A DNA stretch of 64,000 nucleotides from Hydrolagus colliei (taxonomy: Eukaryota): NCBI GenBank assembly GCA_035084275.1, contig CM068755.1, positions 13,020,001 through 13,084,000 on the forward strand, written 5' to 3'. Both the position numbers and the translations under genes were made by a program. Positions 48,620-59,518 of the stretch are shown piece by piece. Position 1 is the first letter of the stretch. Every line of letters starts with the position of its first letter. The notes beneath the pieces are model-generated. The model worked only from the letters and a program-made list of their open reading frames with translations. It was not told the origin of the DNA and did not search any database.

Positions 48620-48785
48620 CATTGGTTTTCCAAATGTTGAACTGGATTTAAGTCCGACAATGGACATTTGCTTACAAAATAGCCAGTCACTACATTTAAC
48701 AGTATATCCTGTGAATTGCTTTGAGATGTCTTCCCGACATGAAAGGCACTGTATGAAATACAAGGATCTTTATGATTTTTTTTAT
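48620..48785 (+). mobile_element. SINE 3' half, degenerate
   Basis: ACAAAATAGCCAGTCACTACATTTAACAGTATATCCTGTGAATTGCTTTGAGATGTC...ATGAAAGGCACTGTATG. Confidence 0.7.
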
Positions 48786-50344
48786 TAGCCAGAAAGCAGT
48801 GCTTACAGAATCAACTAAAAAATGTTTTTAAATGGACTGTTTAAATCATTAGGGTAGTAAACCACTAGAGCTGGTTCATGAAATAATTCTCATGAGAAGT
48901 GTCATTAGCTTTGAGTTTCAGATTCTATAAACTGGATGGATTACCCTCACATTTGAGGATTACCGTGCCAAGATACTGATGCTTCTCACAAAATAATTGA
49001 ACCGAGTAAACAACAAATAGTTGAAATTGCTAGATTGTCCATCCTCAACATAGAGGGATTAGGTATGGAATGAAAAAGGCAACTAATGCAGAATGGCATC
49101 TGTAGAAAAGAAAATCTTGCACAACTTTCCCCCCCTGTGGACTCCTCTTATTATGAATATGTACCTCAATCTTTGAGCCAAGTGATAAGTGGGGAATCAC
49201 TTCTGTTTTGCTATATGAAAGTCAAATGGAAGAATACAATCATCAATAATCTACTCAATTGCAGATTTACCATAGTATGACGCATAATATTGTTGAAAAT
49301 ATATCACAGGAGGCCACAAATTCTTTCAATTCTAAAGCAAATATTGGAAAATACCGATGGGGAGTGGAGAAAGCATTGCTAACACATGTGCTGAAATCGA
49401 ACATACGCAAGCCACATGTGACTGCAGCTCCAAGCAGATCATGCACGCCACATCAAATGGCAAGGGATGATAGGAATTTGAGCACAACAAAAGTCTAGTT
49501 GAGAAGTGTCTTACATCTGTAAGAACACAAAGAGAATTAAAGTTATTCATGACCCAACCAGGATCGATGATTTGCTTTTTTTTAACTACAATGACAAATA
49601 TGGAAAAACTGACAGAGCTGCTTTTTGATTCAGACATTTTTGCGATAAAATGGGCAGAATTGGTCAAGTGTTTCAAATTTTCTCTCTCTCTCTCCATGTG
49701 CACAATCCAATTTAAACGTGCGATTGCAGGTATTATTGGATTAACAATTTATGACGCGGATTTATCAGGTAACAGATTTTTGCCAGGAGGCAAATTTTGT
49801 TACCATGGCAATCTTGATTGATACCACAGTGTTACTAATAGTTTAACATGTCTTTCGCAGGTCTTGCTGAATAGGCTTTCAGCAGAGAGAGAGAGAGCGA
49901 GAGAGAAAAAAGTACAGGCTTTGCCAACACATCAGCAAGTTAATTATTCGCAAGACCACACTAATACCTAACAGACTGCATTTAGATCTGAACAAGATCC
50001 AGAATTGTGACCTGCAGTGACAAGTAGCCAACATTGCCAAGGGCAAATTCCATTCCAGCCTACGTTTCCAATAGCCCTTTCCCCCCTTTCCTGCCCCCCT
50101 TCTCCACAGTTGCACACAGAACAATGTATGATCGTGGAAGGTTTATTTCTCCCAAAGAACAGAAACTGTACAGCTGGCGAAGGGAAGTGTTTCTTATTTT
50201 GCATTTTGAAAGATTTTCTAAGTTCTGCACACTTGATGTCATGTTACCATCTGTTCATGTAAGGATGTACGCAGGCTGCTGGGAATTGTAGTTTTCTTTG
50301 TCATGTATGAATTCCTTGAATGTATGAAATGTATCCTGGAAGTT

Positions 50345-50450
50345 TTAATTAGTCAATCCACATTGCAATGTATTCTGTGATGCACTTTAAGAAGTCTCAA
50401 CAACATGATAAGACACGATTGGATATCAAATACAAGTATTATTATTATTT
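50345..50450 (+). mobile_element. SINE 3' tail
   Basis: AGTCAATCCAC...TATTCTGTGATGCACTTTAAGAAGTCTCAACAACATGATAAG...TATCAAATACAAG(TAT)n. Confidence 0.7.
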
Positions 50451-50534
50451 GTGAAAGTGGGAGGGAGAATGCAGGACTGTTATCACAAAATCACCAGAGA
50501 GCCTTTGGATAAAGAAGGACCTTTGACTCATTTA

Positions 50535-50764
50535 ATCTTATCCTTTCACACACCTGATAATGATCCCTCAAGAAGATAAAAACAATAATAACTTTGTCAC
50601 TTCAATCCATGACTGTTTGTGGGACACTGCTGTATGCAATTGGTTGCTGTGTTTTGCCTACAAATATACAGTCAATTCACTTTACAGTATATTCTGTGAA
50701 GCACTTTAAGATATCTAGGAGACATAAAAAGCACTATATCAAATGCAAGGATTATTATTATTAT
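50535..50764 (+). mobile_element. DeuSINE-like SINE, 5'-truncated
   Basis: CACACCTGATAATGATCCCTCAAGAAG...CACTTCAATCCATGACTGTTTGTGGGACACTGCTGTATGCAATTGG...CAAATGCAAGG(ATT)n. Confidence 0.9.
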
Positions 50765-50896
50765 CAAAGATGGCAAATGCAACCTTTTCCCAATTACAGT
50801 ATCAAGCTCCTTAAATAACTCCTGTTTCCTGAACTCAAGCATCCTTTCCTGCCAATCATTTCCAAATGTTCAGGACAAGGGCAGGGAGTGAACAGA

Positions 50897-51140
50897 AGAT
50901 CATGAGGTTGGTTTGGATAAAGAGGGCCTTTTGGTCCACCTGATCTAATCCATCCAGAACAGCCACCTCAGCTTCCTCCCATCACAGCATCAAGCTGTTT
51001 TATAAATGAGACTAGTGTCTGAGAGTGAACCACCCTTCCTGGCAACCTGTTCCAGTCGTTAATTACTCTCTGGGTAAAGAAAAAATTCCTGGTGTCTGTC
51101 CTGAATTTGCCCTTCAAAACTCTAAACTTGTGTCCTTTTG
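50897..51140 (-). mobile_element. CR1 LINE 3' fragment
   Basis: GHKFRVLKGKFRTDTRNFFFTQRVINDWNRLPGRVV..TLVSFIKQLD is CR1 ORF2 C-terminus. Confidence 0.88.
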
Positions 51141-52299
51141 ATGATTGCAATTTCTGATTCAAAGATTCAAAGAGAAGAAAAGAATTGAGGAGAATGACAG
51201 AAAGCTATGAAAGCCTCAGAAAGCATCAAGGAGGCACAAAACCAGTCAGATTCCTTGTGATGTTTATTGAATTTTATTGTGTCAACAGATTTTCAACTAA
51301 AATGACTAGATTTAAATGAACATTTATGCAGTGAAAGGAAATCATCCATGGCTGCTTTGGGAGCAATTTGTCATTGTGCTCAAGAAAATCAGATTTGTAT
51401 TTGCGCTGATGTTTGGCTGCACATGTGTTACAAGTAAATATATTAGATGCAGAATGTTGCAGGGTCAAAGAGCAGATTCCATGTCATAGCATTACTGCTT
51501 AAAGCTAAACTTTCCAGAAATGTTACGTCTCAGGAACAAAATGAGTTTAACAATGATGCTTGGCGATCTACATGGAATTTCCCATTGCGTTTAAAAAAAA
51601 CTTAAATCTTAATTTTCAAAGTAATAATGATAACAATCCTTTATTTATATTAATAATGATGATGAATATAAACTTAATTATTAAGATGGCACACACAGAA
51701 TTACAGTGTTAAAATAATTGCACTTTAGAAGTCATATGTTCCAATACAATACAAATTTACATTTATATAACACCTTTCAACATGTCCCAAGGTGCTCGAT
51801 GCCCCATTTTATCATTTAACATTGTTTTATCTTAAAGAGCGTCTTTAAATTGTAAAAGAGGTAATGGAGTGGAATGGATTGGAGGCAGAACTTCTTAGAA
51901 GCAGTGTCATAGCCAATGTTTAGTTCAATAAGATATTATTAAAGGTATACTCCTTGTACTCTGACACTTGTCTTGTTATGCCCAATTGAGGAAAGTACTG
52001 TTGTGTGTTCCTGCCTGTCTGCTGTCTGCAAGATAGATCCAGTGCAAGTAAGTGGAATCATTAAGGATGCATTACTGCCATACTCAGTTTTAAAATAAAA
52101 ATAATTTGAAAGCAGATAATTCCATTGGCTTGATGAGTAAATCAACCACCCTGTGTGATACTGAGCCATATAGAGCAGAAAGGTTCAAAGTTTCAAAGTT
52201 CAAAGTTTCAGCCATGATGATCTCATGATTCATTCGGCCTGATTGTTCCTGGACAAGAGACAGAGTAAATAGGCAAAGGTCCCTCCACCTGATGATTGC

Positions 52300-52430
52300 T
52301 GTCCTGTGACCATGACTGGGATATTGAATGAGGATGGGATCAGGCTTGGCTGTCAAATTCCCCTGTGGCAAACAGCCTGCTGAGAATCACTATCTGGTCT
52401 CACACAAGAATGGCCATTTGGCAAGGTAAC
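52300..52430 (+). repeat. Ancient interspersed repeat remnant, similar to 7925-8200
   Basis: GAGGATGGGATCAGGCTTGGCTGTC...AGCCTGCTGAGAATCACTATCTGGTCTCACACAAGAATGGCCATTTGGCAAGG. Confidence 0.4.
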
Positions 52431-52591
52431 CAGAGAGCTGCCAGTGCCAACTATATTCCCACTTGATAAATAAGGCACCTTCAGGAGTAGAAGGGAAAAA
52501 AGTGGAAAGAAAAAAAATCAAGCATAGATAGAAGCACACAATCTCAGGAGAAATAGCATTGAGTTTGGACTTCTCCATTCGTTCTTCTAAT

Positions 52592-52662
52592 AGATGCCTT
52601 GGGACATCCTCCTGACATGGAAGAGGCCATATAAATGCAATTTATATAAATGTTGCTGTTGT
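52592..52662 (+). mobile_element. L2/SINE 3' tail
   Basis: GCCTTGGGACATCCTCCTGACATG..AGGCCATATAAATGCAA. Confidence 0.65.
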
Positions 52663-53174
52663 TCAAATTTGCTTACAATTATGCATAGCATGATTTGACA
52701 GCCTCAAGTGGATGTTTGTAGTTACATACCATTTCGTATCTAGATCTATTTCCCTATGTTTCAAACTTTGCATTTTCTCCTTTTTGTTATACCCCCACCC
52801 CTCACCCTCCCCAAGGTACTGTAACTTCAGTACTTTATTACTCTTATTGGTGCCAGTAAATATTTGTCACACTATGTTTGGTGCTTTTACTTCCCCCAGA
52901 CACTCTTTCTTTTTTTATCACGTTACCCTGACTTTGTGCAGAGCATTTTACCAGGCTTATAAAAAGAGATTGCTGATAACACGAGCGCTGATTCTACAAT
53001 GTACAGTAGTTGTTTCAACAGCTGCACTTTTCACTGCTTTTATATCGAGAGTTGAACATTGACATGAAAACCAAATCCTTGCATTTTACATTTGACATGC
53101 CAAAACAATGCCACTGTGCAAAACTTCACATAGCATTCGGTTTAGTATTTAAACTCATAAGATTCAGGGTTATT

Positions 53175-53475
53175 AATAATAATCATCCTTGCATTTGATA
53201 TAGTGCTTTTCACATCTTCCAGATGTTTCAAAGCATTTCGCATAATACACTATAAAGTGAATGGAGTATATTTGTGGATGAAAGCAGCAGTCAATTGTGC
53301 ACAGCAATGTCCCACAAACACTTGTGGATTGAAGTAACCAATTCATTATTGTGTTTTTTTTCTTGAAGGATTATTATAAGGCAAGTGGAATAAGGAAATT
53401 TGTCTAAGGTTTTGCCTTGCCTGGAATCAAACCCAGGTCTCTCACTTGTAAGGAATGTTCCACCTCTTAACCCGC
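53175..53475 (-). mobile_element. tRNA-Val-derived DeuSINE-like SINE, nearly full length
   Basis: Tail, Deu domain (CAATTGTGCACAGCAATGTCCCACAAAC) and head remnant CCTGGAATCAAACCCAGGTCTCTCACTTGTAAGG. Confidence 0.9.
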
Positions 53476-54534
53476 TGTTTGACATTGTTAATTTCTGCAC
53501 CAAACACAAATTTATTTTTAAAATTTAAAAAGTTATAATTGACTTTGATCTGACTTTAAGGCTATTCCTTCCTTTGTAGATGATGTGATGAGTGTATCAA
53601 AGCAATCTTTCTAGACATCGGAGGGGTTGCTGAATGGATCAGTTGTTAATCCTGTATTTATGTCTATTTTTATATGTTTGTGGCTCACCTAAACATTGAT
53701 GATTAATTTACATCACCATTACAAATGTGGAGCAAAAATTTTAAATCAATAATAGCGATTTAAAAATAACCATAAAAACTTAAAGTGGTGGTATCTTGTG
53801 AGAGTTCTTTCAGGGAATTGCTTACAACTGCTTGTAACTGCTTACACTAGCTATTTGTTTGATTCTTGTTTGAAAAATTAACAACCTTTTCAATTGAAAA
53901 TATGTATTACATTTATTAGGTGGACTGGCTAGAAGGTCTCCCTCTCTTTCTCTTAAGATGTGTCCATCCTGACCCAAAAGCTTATGTTGGCCTGTCGACT
54001 GCCTGGCACATATCCCAGCCACCATTGCAGAATAAACCTTGCATCAATCATTGGTGTCGACAGAAAAATGGCACTCAAGCGATATACTGGGTGGTAACTG
54101 CTTATCTTTCCATATGCTGGATGTTGTAAGAGAATGCTTCACGCCAAAGCTCACCAAGTGCCAATGCAAATTTATCCACACATCCTGCTTAGCAAATTAG
54201 CCCTGACATTTTCATTTATCAATTCATGCACAGTATTAACTTTCTTGTAGTGCTTGAACCCAACATGATAGTATATTTTCCCAACTGTTCTGAACATGGG
54301 GACAGTGCGCGGTTGAAGAAACAATGGGATCCCAAATGCAGTTCTCTCAGACTGAATATGTTGCATTAATTGTGGTTTCTCCCATGAAGGGCACTATATA
54401 TTTATATAGTAAGTTGTTTTGTTGTGAGTTCTGATTATCGGATTGCGAGGTTTGTGGTGAGGTTTGCAAAAGGTTGATCACAAATTGAGCGTCCTCCTCA
54501 CTCACTCCCTCGCCACCCAATCTTGTGACAGAGA

Positions 54535-54712
54535 ATAACTTTCACACAGGGGATAATCAGCGATTGGAACTGGTTACCAGAAAGGATGGACAAATGGACA
54601 AATAAGAAACAATTTGATACTGTAATGGGAAGAAGATTGGGTAAGCACTCTGGAAGAATGAGATCAAATGGGCCAGAAGGCCTTTTTCATCCAAACCTCT
54701 CCTGTGATCTTC
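54535..54712 (+). mobile_element. CR1 3' end remnant
   Basis: TTTCACACAGGGGATAATCAGCGATTGGAAC...AAGAAACAATTTGATACTGTAATGGG...GATCAAATGGGCCAGAAGGCCTTTTTCATCCAAAC. Confidence 0.7.
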
Positions 54713-56047
54713 TGAATCAATCACAAATCAATGTGAATTAATCATTAGTGGATCTTGTCCTTTACTGGCATCTGCAAATGCACAATGCAAATAAAGTGAT
54801 TCTCGGTAACTATACCGAATGGGATGTCTAGGTGTTTCCCTTCTTCTTAATATAGTTTGCTATGACATCTAGTCTTAGCAATAGTAAGACCATTAGCAGG
54901 ATGAAGGAGCATTTTATATCTTGAACACTTTGGGGAGAAAAAACTTCACATCAAGGTGTTGAAGAGAACCATTTCTGATATGTTACAAAAATCAGAGAGC
55001 ACCCAAGACAATAATGGGGGCTTTTAGTAATCAGGATTTCTACATCAGTCTTCCTGTAATCTTTAGAAACAGATTTGGTTTTTCCCTTCGGTCTTGCAAC
55101 ATCGTGTATAATTATATTTTTAGTAACACCATACCAAGAGAAGAATAAACTGGATAATTTATTCCATGATTGATAATTATTCCCGGGGCTGCTAATCCCT
55201 GAGACATATTCAATCGATTATTCAGACAGTCAACATTTTTTGAAAAAACAAATTTTTTTAACAAAATCACTGATGTAAGTTATTATGACTTTATAATTCT
55301 GTATAACACAGAAAAGGAAATGATGAATCACATAAATTACTATTGTCATATAGCTTGCTGATTCAGAACCAAAGAAACTCAAAGAAAATTCTGTATGTAG
55401 TATGGACTCTAAATGTACATCAAACATATTCTACTTATCTGCGCTTTCGAGATGCCAAAAACTACTTATTCTTATCAAGGCATTTGTTTTTCGGATTCTG
55501 TTAATGCCTTAAAATATTGTTTTCATCCATCAACAAACGAAGAGGCAATCTTGCGGACCCCACCCCTTAAAGCTAATGACAGTTCAACTCACCCTTCCTG
55601 TAGAAAGAAAATGAATAATGACATTCTCTCCCGGCTAAATTATTTTATTACTTTTTTATTTTCTGAAAATAGATTTTGAAAATTATTTATAATGATTTTT
55701 AACACATTGGCAAGGCTTAATGATTCATCTGGTAGCAAATTATGTATAAACAAAGTGACAGCTTGGAATATGCAAGATGGATCGAAATAGGGCTTTCCAA
55801 TCCTTTCACACTGTTAATATCTGTGGGTAGACATCACTTAGCACTTTGGCAAAATAGACAGAAGGAAAGAAAGGAAAGTATGTGTCCCAAGTACTGTTCA
55901 GTGCATGTGACTTCACAGATCCTTTACAGTTGTAACATGGTCACGTAGCTTATTTGTGTTTTGCAATATCAATATAGTATCGAACAGGATGAACATTTTG
56001 TGACTTTTTTAATGATATATACACATTTTTTCCAGCACACATTTGGC

Positions 56048-56331
56048 AATAATAATGATAATCCTTGCATTTGATATAAAGCTTTTCACATCTTCTAAAC
56101 GTCTCAAAGCGTTTCACAGAATATACTGTAAATTGAATTGACTGTTTATTTGTGGATGAAACGTGGCAGCCAATTGTGGATTGAAATGACCAATTTATTA
56201 TTGTTTTTTGGAGGGATTATTATTAGGTGTGTGGAGTAAGGAAACTTGCCCAAGGTTTTGCCCTGCATGATATTGAACCAAGGTATCTCGTTTGTAAGGC
56301 GAGTGCTCTAACCACTGAGCTACAGGACTCC
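56048..56331 (-). mobile_element. tRNA-Val-derived DeuSINE-like SINE, full length with internal deletion
   Basis: Head GGAGTCCTGTAGCTCAGTGGTTAGAGCACTCGCCTTACAAACGAGATACCTTGGTTCAAT (anticodon loop CTTACAA = TAC) through to the (ATT)n tail. Confidence 0.9.
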
Positions 56332-56454
56332 GACTTTTGTAAGGGACGTGGATTTCTCACCTAAAAGAAACTGTGTTAAAGTGCAATTCAAAATTGCATT
56401 ATAAGATACATATTTTTCCTTACTTTTGCATTTATCGTTAGACTTTCATTGTAT

Positions 56455-56732
56455 TCCCCATCCACCTCTCCCCAATTCTCCCCTTCAAGCACTTTTCCAA
56501 TACTGAGCTTGTTTCTTCCCTTTCCTCTTTCAAGGCCGGTTTGAAGACTTTCCTCTTCGACCATGCCTTTTGTTCCCCCCCGAATTCTTCGACCTCCCCT
56601 ACGTGTTTCACCCCTTCCCGAACACTCCCCTCCCAGCTCGGGTCACACGCCTCCTGTGCAGCGCCTTGGGACGTCCTCCCAACGTGAAAGGCGCTTTATA
56701 AGTTTAAGTTGTTGTTGTTGTTGTTGTTGTTG
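56455..56732 (+). mobile_element. L2 LINE 3' end with (GTT)n tail
   Basis: TTCAAGGCCGGTTTGAAGACTTTCCTCTTCGACCATGCCTTT...CCAGCTCGGGTC...GCAGCGCCTTGGGACGTCCTCCCAACGTGAAAGGCGCTTTATAAG..(GTT)8. Confidence 0.88.
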
Positions 56733-58253
56733 AAGATGCACTTAAACACTGTTTATGTGTGAGAGCCGCCCTGTCTATTATTCTAAAGCGAAATACAAGG
56801 TGGTCAAGCTCTCTTGTTGTTTGTTTATTTTTCCTCTAGTTAGCCATTTTGGTTGAAGTTTTATTTTTGTTATGTTTCCGGGCTGAGAAAAGGCCTCAAA
56901 AGTCCAGCAATGGGTCAGCAAGTGAAAAGCACTATTGTATTTTATGTATGAATGAAATGTACTGAAGCAGCAACCTCAGGAAGAACTCTTTGCATTAAAC
57001 TATTTCACTTGCCTGCTGAATATGTCTTCCAGTCAAACATCAGGTTGCACCAATGGACAACAATAAATGCTTGAGATGCATTGTGAAAGCAAAATTAAAC
57101 TGACAAGGTCTTAATCTTTCGGCACTCTACTGTTTTACATTAACATATTAAAAACAGATAGACCTGGAGTATGTCACAAGCCTTTAAAGGAATCACTGAG
57201 AGCCAAAGACATGGTAAAATATCAGAAGCACTTAACGAACGGGAAAACACAATTTCCTTTTGAGAACCAAAGAAATTTGTAGCTTAACAGAAGACTATTG
57301 TTGAGATCTGGTTGATTGGTGTTATTATTGCCTCATCCTTTTTGGAAATGGTAGACTGACTGGACTTACTTCCAGTCAACCCACCACAATGTTCATTGAC
57401 ATCCTCAAAATGATTCCAGGGGCTTCACCAATCTCCTTCTTTGTTCGTCTCAGTACCTTGAGGATATATTTCATCCATCTATTCTAGAGTGATGTATTGA
57501 CTTCAGCTTTTGAAACCACTGTTTCACTAGCCATAGTCCTAGAGAACACTTGACATTGAGCAGCATAGAGTTAAAGTCTTCCCATGTTAAAACCCTCCAA
57601 GAAGTAGTATATTTATATGTATTTCCTATTCTGCTTTATTTCCAACTCTCTTCAAGTCCCGTGGGGTTTTAACGTCCGCTTTGACTATCCTTTTGCTATT
57701 ATAGTATTGGGATCATTGTTTTGGCAGTGGTATTTTGCTGCTCTTTCATTTTCCAGTTCTCTATTGGCATCCATTCTGTTATGAACTTGCTTCTGTATAA
57801 TAATTGTGTTCAAAACCGATGACTGCTCTCTTCCTACATGAGTTGTAAATCATACTTTTTCCCTTAATCTCAAGCTCCCTTGGAGGATGACCATTCATAT
57901 TTGACACATTTAATTTTCCTGTTAATCCATTTCGGAACATTTATGTTTAAATAGCTCCCGCTGAACTCGGTATGTACTTTCCTCTTGCATAACAATTTTG
58001 GTGGTTGACCATTCATCTTTGACACAGTTAACCTTGAGTGAAGCCCTGCAATTTATGTTCCTAACCTTGTTGCTTATCAACTCTGAAATGTGCCGACTTA
58101 AGGCTATACATTAGGGTTTGGGTACCCTGTGGCAGGATTTCCTAATTTAGATTGAATGCTGTTGTTCTACTGTCATTTTCGCCTCATGATTCTAATACTT
58201 TTGCTACCTGGATGTTTTGCATATTCCATTTATACTCAGTTTCTTCCATTAAG

Positions 58254-58632
58254 GTGTCAGCCTGGATCAGTTCATAGCATTCTTGCCTCTGAGTCAGAAC
58301 CTTGTGTATTCAAGTCCTCATTAGGACTTTGCATATCAAATGCAAAGATTATTATTATTTACAGTTTAAGATGACACTCAAGGGCAGTGCAAAGTTTTGT
58401 CAGAAGTGCCATACTTCAACTGAGATGTTAAACGAAAAGAGAATGGAGATTCTCCCAGTGTCATAGCCAACAATCCCCCAGATGAAATTACCCATTTATT
58501 TCATGGTTGTTTGTAAGATATTTGCTGCGTGCAAATTGGTTGTCATGTTTCCCCACAAAATCAGTATATCCTGTGAATTGTTTTACGATCTCCTCCCGAG
58601 GTGCAAACACAAATAAAAGGGGATTATTATCA
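58254..58632 (+). mobile_element. SacSINE1-like SINE, degenerate, full length
   Basis: Head GGTGTCAGCCTGGATCAGTT..TAGCATTCTTGCCTCTGAGTCAGAA; GTCAGAAGTGCC...GAGATGTTAAAC; Deu-like TTCTCCCAGTGTCATAGCCAAC...TTGCTGCGTGCAAATTGG; tail. Confidence 0.75.
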
Positions 58633-59466
58633 TTTATCTTCCATTTTAATGCATGATGGTCTGCTAGTTTCAATTAGGTGGAACATCAGGCCTGAAAAGA
58701 GTTAAGGAGAAAAACAAAATAGGCCAAGGCATAGGATGACCTTTAATGATAAAATGCCTGTACCACAAATATGTGGTTGTAGCTTCTATTTCAATGCCCT
58801 AAGAAAGATGCAATAAACCAATTGGCCAAATAAAAGTTAAGTCTGCTATTACAATGCACCAGCAATTGGCTTCTTCTACATCTCTGACAAAATGTTTAAA
58901 TAGATCTTTTGATGTCATTTCAAACCTTTAGTTTAAACAAGCTAACATTTGGGTTTTATTTAAGCCCCTGATAATGACAGTCTACATAATGCTAATGCTC
59001 TCAACACTCCAGAAAGTGTGAGTTCCCTGTGAGGTCAATGTATGGTGTGCCAGATAAACTCCCAGTAAGGTTGGAGGCATCAACACATTTTTGACAGTGG
59101 CCCCAAGGGGATGAAAGGGTGTGCAGAACATTTGGGAGATATCGTTCTTATCAGTTATTGGAAAAGAGTTGTTTAATCCGCAATAGTATGTCTGCAGGAG
59201 GTGCAAACACTTGTTCACTGGTAGCTATTGGTTGTAGTTAATTAACAGGCCATAATAGGTTACAGCACATGCTTTGTTGGAACATTCTGCAGGTTTCAAC
59301 TGTACATTGTACTGCCGACCCAAATATCGTCAGACAATAATTATAAGTAGTGCACCTGGTTTACCCCTGATGAAGAGGCACTTTATTTGTAGGGGGGAGG
59401 AAAGATTAAAAACCGGACTCAATATGCGGTAAATTGCTTAAAAAAACTGCATGAGTGGACTTCTGG

Positions 59467-59518
59467 GGTCACGTGACCTCGCAGGAAATTTCTGAGATGA
59501 ATATGTCTCACTTCCTGT
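59467..59518. promoter_or_regulatory. Palindromic E-box (USF/MiT-TFE CLEAR type) with flanking ETS-type sites
   Basis: GGTCACGTGACC at 59467-59478; CAGGAAAT at 59482-59489; CACTTCCTGT at 59509-59518. Confidence 0.35.
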
